Shown piece by piece: positions 23,149 through 36,639 of a DNA stretch of 53,111 nucleotides. The notes under the pieces were generated by a model. That model did not search any database and had not been told where the DNA came from. It saw only the letters and a list, made by a program, of their open reading frames with translations. Where the stretch lies: NCBI RefSeq assembly GCF_001194135.2, contig NC_068983.1, forward strand, positions 109,980,986 to 110,034,096. The letters are read 5' to 3'. Position numbers and translations under genes: made by a program. Positions within the stretch are counted from its first letter, which is position 1; every line of letters begins with the position of its first letter. This stretch comes from Octopus bimaculoides (taxonomy: Eukaryota).

Positions 23149-25848
23149 GGAATATTTTCCTTTGATGCCCTTCAATAAGGTGTTCTATCATAGAGTTTTT
23201 TTTTACATCAATTACTAGTATATTTGATAACTTGCAATGGTAATAAAAATATACTTTCAAAGTTAGTTATATAACGGATATAGTCTAGTTCACATTCACA
23301 TGCTGATAGCTACATGAATAAATAGATATACATAAATACTATTATGAATATTATGAATATTATTAGCGTTGTGAATACAGGCAGCATGTTTAGAGGAAAA
23401 TACTGAAAATACTGGACCCCCCCACCAAAAAAAAAAAAAAACTAAGGACTGAATTTTCGACTGAGTTCTGTCTGAAGCTTTTTCACAGTACGGAAGAAAC
23501 AACAACGTCTAACGTGTATTGTGACTTTCGTATATAATGTTTGTTTTGAGGCCGTACAACCCGGGCTCGTCCCCAGACTTTGGTGCCTGGGGGTGCTTTA
23601 GAATATTTTGGGTGGGCACTAATTTGTAATAATGCCAAAGTGGGGTTTCGAAATAAGTGTATCACTGTAAATCTGAGAGTGTACCATTGAATAGTAAGGG
23701 TGCAGTGCCGTCCAGTGCATACCCTTAAGACCAGCATGCTTACAATACGTACTCTTGAGATTGACAACATTCATTGTGGATTTCTTATTTTCTAAGTGCT
23801 AAACTACAAACTGAGAAGAATCAATTCGTTCATATGCAAACAGACCCGATACTTGATAACGCTATTGTTTGAACCCAGTTCTCCGAACGTTAACTGAATA
23901 AACTATCACAACTTGTTTCTTGATGTAGATTTATTTTACCTTATTTGGATAGAAATATGTGCTTTATGTAAAATATTCAATGCCTTCTACTTTAATATTT
24001 CATAGTGTTCAAATAGTAAAATATAGATCTGTTATTACATATTATAAATTTATCTTTTAGGTCTATTATTATTTGTTTGCCTTTTTATGATACGGAGGTA
24101 ATCTGTATATATATTATAAAAAGAGAATAGATCAAGTAATAGAAATCATGTTTTGTATGTTGGATTAACAGAGAATATTTTAGATGCGATGTCTTTATTG
24201 AAGTACGTAACTGCGACAAAATTAAACATCTACAGAAGCAGCTTACAACTTAAGTGCTTTCACTGAGTCTACATTGTTAGGATTATGCGATAATATTAAA
24301 AAGGCGCTTTTCGGTTTTGAGCTTGAAATAAAACCGCTGAAGGTCACTAAATATTGAATTCTAATGTATCAAGTGTCTCCTTTTAACATCTACCTGAGGT
24401 AGGTAACAGTAGACTGAAGCGAAATTATGTTCAAGTCATATATCACAAATATATTATATTTAAGTTGTTAATTTCTTAGCAGTAATGTGTTATAACAGGA
24501 ATTCTTAAATATGACAGCATCTAATCAAATGTTATATTCTCCCAGGAAATCTAAATTTAAGAAGTTTTAAATTTTTACATATATGCATTCACAAGAGCCC
24601 TAGATTATAATTCTGGAAGGTATAACATTAATAAAACGTATGAAAACGTGGAACGGAACGAGCTGTTATAATTTGTCTCAGTGAAACTTCCCAAAGAGAC
24701 TCTTGTGTTAAGAACACAAGACTTCACTCAGGTGGATCACAAAAATGATGTTTCAAGACCGTTTCATATTTATATATAGTTTGGCTAGCTTTCACACAAG
24801 TCAACACATTTTTGTTTACCAATTTCTATATCACAACAAACTTTTTCGGCTTAACTCAGAACGTCCAGAGTATCCGAAACCGAGGAGACCAAATTAAATC
24901 GAAACACTGTGTCAGGTGATCTACCGGCATTCTGAGCTAAACTCTGTCTTTTAACATACACGTCTATCTCGGAGATTTCTCTGAGACAAAATACTACCGC
25001 TAGTGTCAGTCCACGTTTCTATACACATGTTATATAGACCAATACATTTTTTTTACATTTTGGCATCATTACAAATTTCTACTTAGAATTGAAGAGATAA
25101 CATTATCAACAGAATACGTATTTTCAAAGAGAAGTGCTCTTGTTTTTACATTTTAAATAGTTTTGTCTTAAAGTGAAATTAACAATATATTCTTTAATTT
25201 TAGCTTAAAAGAAAATAAAGATTATCAGTCGTCCGTCAGCTCATGAGTAACTTGCTCTAGTAACTGTTTTAATAATTACTTCGAAATAAGAAGTATTTAA
25301 TTCTTTCAATATATTCTACGACAGGCTGATAGAAATGGTTTAGGTGATAGTAAGCCGGATAGGAAACTTTTCATCTATCTGGTTTGAAGTATGTTCGTTG
25401 AGCTTCATTTGTCAAATACTAAACAATCAATGAAAAAAAAAAGAAGAAAAATAAAACAGAAGGAAAACTGGCAAACGTTTTATCAGCTACTGGAAACAGG
25501 CAAAAAATAAAAAAATAAAACAAAGAACAAACAAAAACTACTAAATATATATATTTATANNNNNNNNNNTATATATATAAAAAAATGAAGACTGGAAGCT
25601 ATTTGAGAATTCGATACATTTCAAATATATTCAGACGAGTCGCATTTTTGGTGTTTTATATGTTGGTGTCTGATAAAGACCAGGTCATTTTAACCTGCCA
25701 CATAATTTCAGTGGATAAAATGGTTACAAACAGTTATGAATGAGCATCCTTTAGTTTAGTAAGTCATTGTGTGATGCTGATGACATTTATTTTCATGTAG
25801 TGTATTTTGTCCAATTTTTATTTATTTATTTAGATGTCTACTTCTCAC

Positions 25849-26011
25849 CTAGTTAACATGTAAAATGTCTCCAATACTAAAAGACAGCTTATATGTGAAT
25901 TACACAAACGTAATGGAGTAATGCACTGTTCAAATATTTTCCCGATAACTTTCATAAAATTGTGTTCGATATTCTGGTCTTTAACTGCAATACCTTTCGC
26001 CTCTGATAACA
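25849..26011 (-). CDS. Possible internal exon of an unidentified gene
   Basis: Pyrimidine-rich tract plus CAG ending at 26012, AG|GTGAGA donor at 25848 and 53 open codons (LSEAKGIAVKDQNIEHNFMKVIGKIFEQCITPLRLCNSHISCLLVLETFYMLT). No homolog recognised. Confidence 0.35.
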
Positions 26012-26039
26012 CTGAATCCAGGTAAAAAATAAACACATG

Positions 26040-26660
26040 TACAAAAAGTCACTGGGAAAAAGTCACGGAAAAAAGTCACAGGGCTTTGTCTGGGGGAGGG
26101 GTTGTCCGCGGGATTTTTGTTCTAGAGGGGTTTTGTCCGGACCTCTTAAATAAATTGTGACTTTTTACCTGTGTCTTTATTACTGGCCACCATAAATTAA
26201 TTGTGACTTTTTTCCTAGCCAAAATTGTGACTTTATTACTGTGACTTTTTTTCCTGTGACTTTATTACCGGTCACCGGTAACACTTTTATGTACGTCAGA
26301 GATTGAGAAAATTATGATAAAATCATTACACTTTTTAAAGATACTTGCATAATGAAATACGATAATGCTTAAAATGTTTTTAAGAGTAACGGATAAAAAA
26401 TGGTAGAAAATGAATCTTCTTTTGGAAAGGGCGCCAAAGACAATTCTTAGATGCATTTTCCACTCTCCGGAGGTAAATGATCTACTAGCAGTACTCATGG
26501 AAATTCCACGGACCATAAACGTCTTCTAGTGGGTCTTAATATTTTACTATTTCTTTCATAATCCTTTGATTAATTTCTAAGAAATTTTTCTTCGGTCAGA
26601 TTTTTCTCCTCTGGCCTCTCTCGTTCTGGCTTGTGCAAAATATTGGGGCCTTTTATCATC
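26040..26660 (-). mobile_element. Possible MULE-like DNA transposon end with AAAAAGTCAC/GTGACTTTTT subterminal arrays
   Basis: Three AAAAAGTCAC at 26043-26080 face about five GTGACTTT at 26155-26265 around GGG..TTTGTCC motifs. Adjacent minus-strand sequence loosely resembles a transposase C-terminus. A related segment lies at about 35530-35680 and a similar GGGCTTTTGTCC at 6200-6228. Confidence 0.4.
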
Positions 26661-26924
26661 GTTCATATGTTACCTTCTTTCCTGATTAACAATTCTAATT
26701 CTTTCCCTATCAGCTTCAGCTTCGTCGTTCACTGTACGACATCCTCTCGCATCCTTGCATTAATTTAATTCTTTACGCTTGAATTATCGTTCCTGAATTA
26801 TCACTTCTTTCCGTTCCTGACAATTCTCTCACCATACCTAACTATTTTCCCCTTTTCTTTGCTCATGCGCCAATCTTTCCCTGTATCTTCTTCTGCATCT
26901 CGCGATTCGATACATATGATAAGA

Positions 26925-26973
26925 TATATAGATAGATAGATCGATAGATAGACAAACAGACAGATAGACAGAC

Positions 26974-27004
<31 letters not shown>

Positions 27005-27073
27005 CAGATAGATAGTCAGTCCTCTCGACAATGATTTTCACCACGAAAAATATATATGTGTATGTGTGTGTAC

Positions 27074-27130
<57 letters not shown>
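26925..27130. repeat. (GATA)n and (GA)n microsatellites
   Basis: Direct reading. Confidence 0.95.
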
Positions 27131-27136
<6 letters not shown>

Positions 27137-27639
27137 ATAAAAGGAGTCAAACAAGCGGTATTGGTATGTATACGTACACACACATACTGATGACGGGAGC
27201 ACATATACTCATACTACCACTATCCTCTCCCACACAGCTAATTGTCGCCTCTGTGTGTATTTGTGTGCGTGCGTGTGTGAGTGTAGCCGTGTGTACCTGT
27301 AGCGTTCATTTGAATCTCACTCAAGCTCTCTCTCTCTCTCTCTCTCTCTGTATCTCTCTCTCTTGCACATACACTTTTACTACCTTCTTTCCTCAGCGGG
27401 ACATTTTTTACACCGCAGGAATCTATCGTTAGTAGTGTAGATAGAAAATAGGTGGATAGTTACATAATATCCACAACGCTTAGGGAAGTAAGTTAAATAG
27501 TACGCAAGAAACTATTGATTGTTACGGTGCTGCTGGTGGCAGAAACAGTGGCGTTGGCTATTATGGTTGTGGTGTAGGCGGAGAAGGCGGCAGAGACGTT
27601 GGTGTTGATAATGGCGAATAGTGAAAGATAAAAACTAGT

Positions 27640-27740
27640 GAAAGAAAGATAGATTGACAGAGATAGACAGATAGACAGATAGACAGAGAAAGAGAGGAGA
27701 GAGTGTATATGTGTGTGCCCGTGTCCGTGTGTGTGCGTGT

Positions 27741-27786
<46 letters not shown>

Positions 27787-28015
27787 GAGAGAGAGTGAAT
27801 GAGAGTGTATGTGAGGGAGAGAGAAAGAGAATAAGACAGGATTTTAAGAAGAGAGAGGCTGTGTGATGTCGTTGCGTTCTCTCATCCTTTCTTTCTCTGT
27901 ATCTTTCTTCATTCACCATCATCCAACACCAACTTCACCACCACCGATTCCATCAAGACTAAAATAACAACCGCCACTATCAGCACCTTCATCATAACAG
28001 TGGATGATTTCGTGT

Positions 28016-28055
<40 letters not shown>

Positions 28056-28335
28056 ACGCGCGTACGCGCGTGCATGCTTGCGTGTCTGCGTGCGCGCGTG
28101 CGTAACTTTCTGTTTGCTATGGTAAGCATTCATGTGTGTGTGTGTGTGTGTGTGAGTAAATATCGTTGTAACTTTTCATACTTGGACCCCAAAACATGCA
28201 GATACAAATACATGCACATACACACACGGAGACATATACATATATACACTCACACACATGCGGAACATTCAACAAAGCGAAAACACAACTACACGCACAC
28301 ACACACACACACACACACAAACACATGCACACACG

Positions 28336-28375
<40 letters not shown>

Positions 28376-28400
28376 CACACGCACGCACGCACACATGAAA
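27640..28400. repeat. Cluster of GATA/GT/CA microsatellites and CAC/CAT low-complexity sequence
   Basis: Direct reading. Confidence 0.85.
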
Positions 28401-30904
28401 ATACATATACATTCTCATTGAAACGATTGGCAATGCTTAACATTTAAACAAGAACTTTCTGCTATTTTATAATAACAATCAATGTCTTTTAAAATCGTTT
28501 CTTGTGTATAAGTTGTTCATTTAATTCGTTTTACTTATTTTCTACTACATTATTTATGTATCATAAATTGTACATGCATCAGATTTATTGCATAATTAAT
28601 GTTCCAGTATTTCGTCATGTATCTATATTTCAATCCGTAATGTATGATAAAAGTATTAAAGATACAATGACAAATAGAAACCGATACCTTCCCTGACAAA
28701 AAAAAAAAAAAAATCATAAATATTACAGCTCATATCTCATTCCCGTTATGATCAAAGTGCAGTATACTTATTTACTAAATCAATGCAGTACTTTTAAGTA
28801 AGTGGTAAGAAATTCATCGAAGCATTATGAAGAAAATGACAGGATATTATTACCAACAGGGGATATATGTTCATGGCTGACACTGTACCACAAAAATTGA
28901 CCGTGCTAGTATGTTTAATAATGATGGTTCCAGCGTAACTCTGATAATATTCATCTTATAAAGTATATTAGGGGGTTATATGTGTTTAGAAGCGTTATCT
29001 ATAGATAAAGGTATTCAGACAGATATAGATAACTATGTCTGCAAATTAACGGAGCATTTGTCAGTTATGCAAAATACCTCCGTATGTAAGGCGAAGAGAT
29101 TTATCTTTCAGTACTATCCATTTACAGCTTTGTACTTGGGCCAAGGAGAATTAAATATTTCTTTCACTGATAGAATACGGTTAATTGGCACGCTGAGAGA
29201 TTATAGTTTAAGATAAGAGCAATACTTCCTATTACTTATAGGAATTGATTAGGGGAATAGAGGCCTTCACATTGAATCAGATCACAAGAGCACAAATCAA
29301 TAGATATATCGGATTTTTAACCATCAAAATATTTTAAGACCATGAACAACAACAGTAACAATAACAACAAAAGCAACTACAGCAGCGACAATAATAAACT
29401 GCCGAAAATGTACACTAATAGTTATTATAAATTTACAAATAATCATTATTGAAATGGTATTTGAAATTTATTACTCTTTTTGTAATCTCTCTTCAAAGGG
29501 AAGAATTTCTCTTCACATATACCCTGAAGGTATACAGAAACAAAGTGCTTTTACAAAATACAGACATTGACTCATATACAACACAAGTTTGTAATAGATG
29601 TCTTCCTTTCAATGGAAGCAAATATACAATTCTGTTTATTGAATAAATGTGAGATATAAATTTACTAATATATATATATATGTATAAAAAAGTCTCAACA
29701 ACAAAATATGATAGCCATTATGGCATTAAAATGTAAACTCTAACAAAAGAAACTAATGTAATTTGCAAGTTCTCTTTTCCATAGATCATTATCGGCATCA
29801 AAATAAAACTTCATTGCAAATTGAAACCTATATATTGTATTTCAATATTCCTACACAATAAGTCACTTAACAGACATTTTATCAATTATTCTAATAAGGC
29901 AAAATACGCTCTTAGGCGCAGGGCCACAAATGAATAGGAAAAGAAAATATTGTGTAACGTAAATACTTTTCTGAATGATATTAGTAGCATAAGAGGAGGG
30001 GATTAACTTCAACCGAATATCTAGTTTTATAGCTTAAGCAACTGATACGGTTATTTACATCACCTTTTGTTTTTCTATTTAAACTAGATTTCTGCCAAAT
30101 TTTTCAATGCTCTCTCTCCATTTAACACAATAGAATTTTAGCATTGTATTAGAAGCGTGGACTACGTGATTTACGAAGAGCTTCGTGAGTTTCTTACTTT
30201 CTGTCTCACTGTCTCTCTCCCTCTCTCCCCCACCCACACATATACACATAATATATATAAATACATACACGTATGAATTCACATACGCACACACACAATT
30301 ATAGTAAATGCACACACACATTTGCATGCACACATCCACGCGTACACACACAAATTTAGTGCTTTTGTACTTGTGTGCATGAAACGAAATAAAAGAAAAA
30401 AGATAAACAAAAACTGATACGAAATCAAGTGCTATAGCAACATATCAAACAAAAGCAGAAATGTGAATTCTTAAATCCAATCAAATATTGGAGTTCGTTC
30501 AGTTACAGCAGTATATCATATGAAACGAGAATGGGCGTCAAAACAGATATTAGGTATGTCTCTTCCCCAAGGCCAAAATGAAACCATTACAATTTATAAG
30601 ACCCAGATAAACTTCATATTCCACTTTTCTCATAAGTAATGGAAAATAATTTCTTGGTTCATCAGTATATCTTGTTGCAGTTCGGCATTCTTTAAACGTT
30701 TGTTTACAATTTAGGCACAAGGCCGGTAATTTTATAGAGAAATTGTTTAGTCAATACCAGCGATGATATATATATATATATACGTAGTATGTGAAAAATT
30801 CAGCAATTACCTGCCGATACTAATGCACAAAAACAATTCTGATTTAGAATAAAACCTAGTCATTCCATCATCTAGTATAATTATGTATGTATGTATGTAT
30901 GTAT

Positions 30905-30957
<53 letters not shown>

Positions 30958-31159
30958 CATTGCTCAGTTCTATTTCAAAATTTATTGCCAATAGAGAAAG
31001 AGCCGCTCTCTAACCTAGATTCAAGGCTCCATCATTGGAATTTGAACATCAACAACAGGGTATTTTTATTCGTATCTATGTCTATGTGCAAATTTGTATG
31101 TTTTGCTTTATGTATATATTTTCATGCATATAGTTGCACATCTAGACATGTATATCATA

Positions 31160-33290
31160 AATATCTAAATGATAAACTTCTGCAAAGTTTTACAGATTTT
31201 TACAGTTCCATTGATGGATTAGATCTGTAGCCTTCGAATTAGCTTTCTCCTTTCTGGTTTTGAGAAGCCTAATTTCTTAAGATTGGTATTTAGGCAGTGT
31301 GTTACATATCCCAGGGCCCCAATAATTACAGNNNNNNNNNNGATTGGTATTTAGGCAGTGTGTTACATATCCCAGGGCCCCAATAATTACAGATATAAAC
31401 CTGAGCTTGTAATCTAGATAGAGTAACTGTAGATTTCTCAATAGTTCAGCGTAGGTGTTCTCTTTTTTATTGATCTTCAGCTTTATGTTAACATCTGCTG
31501 GGCAGCTTATTTCCACAACTGTGCAGTTTCTCTTCTCTATCCTGGATCGTTATATTTGGTCTGTTGTGCTTACATTTTATTGAGGTCTTCACTGGGACAT
31601 TCCACCGGTACTCCTTTTTTTATGAGTGGTTATGGCTTCTACCATATTGTGGGTTCTTATTTCTTTGTCCTAGGTGTTATCCTTCTGACGGATTTCATTA
31701 TAGAGTGTCCTAGCTACAGCATCATGTTCCATCGGTAGATAATACCGTGATGACATTTTCGGACAACTGCTTATGATGTGGGTGATATCTCCGGTATTAA
31801 CTGAAATCTGCATCGGTTGTCACATTTTACTGCTTTTCTTGTATCTCTATCCCTTTTGTGCACCAGGTACTTGGTTGACATTTCCTGTTGCTGGATTGCA
31901 AACGCATACTCTTCAAAATGGAAGGTAGTAATCCGGCTATTGGGCCATGATAAACTGCTTTGATGATCGATGTTGCTATCATCTCGGAGCTTTCTACTAA
32001 CATATCCATGTATAGTTTTATGCTCATATAGGTTCATCCTTTCATCTGATGATATATTGCGGTAGAGTCGTGCGACTTCTTTGGGTATGTATTCTAGGTT
32101 ATCAGAAAAGGAGTGTTGCTCAAGGAGCTGCCTTCCAATATTATAATGTTATTAGCGTCATGTATGCAAACTTGGTCAAGGGATGTATTTCGACACTTAG
32201 TGGTTAAAAGATGTTGCCGAAGGGACATGATGCGACATTCATAGGCATTTTGGATCGATGTTAAACTTCTGCTGCCTTGTTTTCGTTTTAGGTAAAGGCG
32301 GCCTACCTCACTTTATGTGGAAATTATAAGTGCTTGTTAGTATTTTTCGGGCTTTCACATCAATGGCTCGGATCTCATCAAGCGTCCAATCAAGCAGCTA
32401 AAATGTTGGTATGAGAACTGGTGACACGTGTTTTCTTACAGGTGCTATTGTAAGATATGATTTCATCTACCTCTAGACACCTGTAACATTCCTCGTCAGA
32501 TATAGGGAAAGCTGTCAAATCGTTGATGGAAATGTTATTAGTCTGGTCTATAGTTTTTTCCTCTTTTCACAATCATATAACAACATTGATCTTGACCAAA
32601 CTCCAACCATACATCCTTTGAGAATGTTGCATCTAGGTCAAGGCTCTTTTCCTTCTCATGCGTAATCTTTGCATTAAGTTCTGGCATGCAATTGGCCGGT
32701 AGTTTTTTTTTTGCCATGTGGGTCGTTCTGCATTTGGGGATCAATTTTGTCTCTGCCAGAGCTAACTAGTGTGATATGTTACCGTTCCCACTGAGAGCTT
32801 GCTGGTACAGATTGATATGATATGGTCGGTAGAATGTTAGCTTCTTGTACCAGTATCAAACAATCAAATCTATTCCAAGTGCTTTTCCATCCTCGAGTTT
32901 CAGGTCCATAGTTGCAATAGCTTCACCATCAATGTTGTATGTCTTGGATGTAACGCAGGAGCAAAAACTTCTTCGGATTTCTTTCTGCTACAGAGCATCT
33001 TGGTTAAACTCCAACTTCACTCCAGATTTTCCTCCAGAACGAGTTTATTTCTTCTCGTGAAGGAGCTTCCGTGATATCTGTATACTGTTGCCTCGTTGCG
33101 GTTAAATTTTTTGTTTATTGTTCTCTCAATTATTCTCTTTTGATGTTGGAGTCTTTCACTGACAGCTTTTAGCTCCTACTTGAGGGTAGTCAGTTTGCAA
33201 ATGAATGCCCTCTTTTTGCTGTCTCCAAAAATCATTTCTATCTCCTTCTTTACTTTCTGTTGGTAGGATGTATAGTGATTTACTTGTTTG
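31160..33290 (-). mobile_element. R4/Dong-like non-LTR retrotransposon remnant (RT pieces, CCHC, restriction-like endonuclease)
   Basis: ELKAVSERLQHQKR, YWYKKLTF, TKLIPK...KNYRPIA, FSKD..EFG.D.C..VKRGK, AFAIQQQEMSTKY, CDNRCR...DITHIISSC, HNRPNITIQDR, EISCPADVNI and IIGALGYV. Many lesions. Confidence 0.85.
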
Positions 33291-33311
33291 CATGCACTAA
33301 GCACCATTCTT

Positions 33312-33518
33312 TTCTACTATAGGCATAATGCCTGAAATTTTTTGGGAGGAAGCCAGTCGAGTAGATCAACCCCAGTACGTAACTGGTACTTAATTTATCA
33401 ACCCCGAAAGGATGAAAGGCAAAGTCGACCTCGGCGGAATTTGAGCTCAGAACATTAAGACAGGCGAAATACCGCTAAGCGTTTCGCCCTGCGTGCTAAC
33501 GTTTCTGCCAGCTCGCCC
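33312..33518 (-). mobile_element. SINE family A, full-length
   Basis: Reverse complement GGGCGAGCTGGCAGAAACGTTAGCACGC...TGAGCTCAAATTCCGCCGAGGTCGACTTTGCCTTTCATCC. Confidence 0.92.
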
Positions 33519-34869
33519 AGTTATCTTTTTCTCTGTCTTCAAACTCCATGAGAGTACTTTCTTTGTTATTTCAGTTTTGTTTACTTTTTGAATATCATTC
33601 GTGTACTTTTTTACAGTAGTAGCCAGAGCATATAGACAAGCGTTAATCTGCCAGTATGTGGGTTCATCACACGGTTGTAAATACTCATTACCAATTTCAT
33701 TAACAGTTTTTAATACCGTTTCTGGTGGGTTTTTTAATTACTTTGGTAGAGAATACGTATGTATTTATGTATGTGTATGCATTAGCTGAGTAGGTCGTTG
33801 TTGCCGGGGAATTCTCACAATAGAACACCTTTATTTTGATTCGTTTTTTTTTAAAATTTCATGTCAGATCATGTCTTCGCTGACGGACAAGACCTTTTGA
33901 TCAGGACTGATTTCTGCATTATTTGGGGCAATTTATAATGTGTTGATAAACGAAGTTTTTCTTTTTCCATTTAGTGCATAGATGTAACGCTTTTATTTAT
34001 ATAACTAAATTCTATAAACTTTCGAGAGAATATGAAATGATTTTGTTTTGAAAGATTCTTGATAAACAGAACAGGAGAAATCACATGGGATGGAAGAGTC
34101 TCTGAATAGGTTAGAGATGTCAGACGAAAGATTTCCAGACAATGGACATAGGATAAAATAGGAACAACAATAAACGAGTGAAGAACGAATATATGTAGTG
34201 CCTGTGTTTATTTGACAAGAAAAAAATTAATATGATTCTTCTTTGGAATATTGGAATACATACATACATACATGCATACATACATACATACATACATGCG
34301 TACGTAGTGCATGTATGTATGTATTATGTATATATGTAGGTATATATGTATGTACATGTATACACGAAATACGTTCATCTTTTAGAGATATTTTCCTAGT
34401 TCACTTTGAGTTTAATCTATTTTGGACTGCCTTGATAACGTTGTGTTAGTGTATATTTTTCGGATATATTAATTCGACTGGCATTTCATAGCTTTCTCTG
34501 TATCTAAATATGCAGGCACAAAAGAAACGATAGTCGGAAATGTATGCTGTAGTCACCAATTTAAGATGTGATTTTCTTCATTCTTATTCCTGCTGTCTTA
34601 TACTCCGAATTTACTAGAATTTTTGAAACCGATATTTGGATTTACTTATCACACACAAGGAATTACCTTAGATGTTTATTCTACTTGCACTTATTGGTAT
34701 CTGATAATTTAATATACTTAACCAAGTTCGTTTAACATTGAATGCTTTATGGGTAACTGCCTGAGTTTATATTCCTTATTACATCTTATACATATACATA
34801 CATGCCTGCATGTATGTATGTATGTATGTATGTATGTATGTATGTATGTAGGTATGTATGTATGTATGT

Positions 34870-35100
34870 ATGTATGTGTGCCAGATGGCTTGCAAATCCA
34901 ATGAGGGTCTTAAAAGACATGTTAGGATCCATAATGAGCAGAACTTACCTGCAGGTATTGGTTGTACAAATCAGAGGTGCAATCTGTGTGGGTATTTTTT
35001 CAAAACATTGTCTGGTTTAAAAAGCCACATCAGACGCCATGAAAGGGCTAAGGTGTAGGTGCAGGAGGTGGCCAAACTCTGTGTAAGGAGTAGACAACCA
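34870..35100 (+). mobile_element. Two C2H2 zinc fingers plus short tail, probably the 3' end of an RTE-type LINE
   Basis: (C)YVCQMACKSNEGLKRHVRIH and CNLCGYFFKTLSGLKSHIRRH, stop at 35056-35058, about 45 nt of tail, then a microsatellite. No TGEKP-type linker. Confidence 0.6.
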
Positions 35101-35989
35101 CCATGTATGTGTATATATATATATATGCATAAACACAAATACACGCACACACACACACACACATGTATCATATATACAGTATTATTCAAAACAATATATA
35201 TTATTCAGTTTTACAGATCCATTTCATCCAATTTTACCAACTGGATTAGCACACGAATTATGTGATAACTTAAAACGGCTCTCGTTTGAGGGTCTGATGT
35301 ATACTGTATGTATAATTATAGTTATAAGATTTCATGTGGTGACTCATGTGTGGAGTCACAAATGGATGTGTAGAAATGCTATTAAACTCTGCAAAGTAAG
35401 AACTACATCTAGAATTGCTTTCTGCAACACATTGGTGTCCTTTCCAAAGGAGAATCTATTTCCTGCAATTATTTTCTTTACTCCAGTGTAGTATCCGGAA
35501 GTAATATTTAATTTATAGCTAACATCAGTACTTAAAAACATTTTAAGCATTATCGTATTGTGTTATGAAAATGTATATACAAAAAGAAAAAAAATACTTT
35601 AAAAAAGTGTTGATTTCTTTTCCCCGTAACTTTTTTTGCAGCTGATTGACAACAGTTTATATTTATTAATAAAAGTGTTATCAAAAGCAAAATTGTTTCA
35701 CGACAGTAAACCAAAATGGCAAAGACAGTGTTACAAAAGTTAGTTACTGATAACATTTTCTTCATCTGTGCGTCGCTAAATAATGGTCGTTCAATTCACA
35801 TATAAACTGTCTTTTAATAGCAGAGATATTTTACATGCTTCCGTTATTAATGACAAAGTTGTTAGAGCGTTGAAGAATTGGTAGAACGTCGGTGTACAAA
35901 TCCCGCTGCGTTCAACTTTGTCTTTCATTCTTGTGGGATCGATTAAATAAAGTACTAGTAGAATACCGATGGACACATACATACATACG

Positions 35990-36020
<31 letters not shown>

Positions 36021-36165
36021 TCTTTTATTTTGCATTGATGTACAAACATCTGTATATATATATACACATATCTATCTAAAATAACCTCATTTATGCTCTC
36101 ATGAATATGTAGGTCTACATGCAACTCCACTAACCATTCTCAAATCACGCTCATCTGTAAATTTA

Positions 36166-36212
<47 letters not shown>

Positions 36213-36477
36213 NNNNNNNNNNNNNNNNNNNNNNNNNNNNNNNNNNNNNNNNNNNNNNNNNNNNNNNNNNNNNNNNNNNNNNNNNNNNNNNNNNNNNNNN
36301 NNNNNNNNNNNNNNNNNNNNNNNNNNNNNNNNNNNNNNNNNNNNNNNNNNNNNNNNNNNNNNNNNNNNNNNNNNNNNNNNNNNNNNNNNNNNNNNNNNNN
36401 NNNNNNNNNNNNNNNNNNNNNNNNNNNNNNNNNNNNNNNNNNNNNNNNNNTATATATATATATATATATATATATAC

Positions 36478-36628
36478 GACGGGCTTCTTTCAGTTTCCGT
36501 CTACCAAATCCACTCACAAGGCGTTGGTCGAGCCGAGGTTATAGTAGAAGATACTTGCCGAAGGTGCCACGCAGTGGGACTGAACCCGGAACCATGTGGT
36601 TGGTAAGCAAGCTATTTACCACACAGCC
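36478..36628 (-). mobile_element. tRNA-derived CORE-like SINE family B
   Basis: Reverse complement GGCTGTGTGGTAA (box A), GGTTCAGTCCC (box B), GGCACCTTCGGCAAGT (CORE-like), ...GGAAACTGAAAGAAGCCCGTC, then (TA)n. Confidence 0.88.
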
Positions 36629-36639
36629 CACAGCTGGTT

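Noticed and set aside
31281-31392. Exact 51-bp direct repeat around a 10-N gap
   Set aside because: Typical unmerged contig overlap; treated as an assembly artefact.
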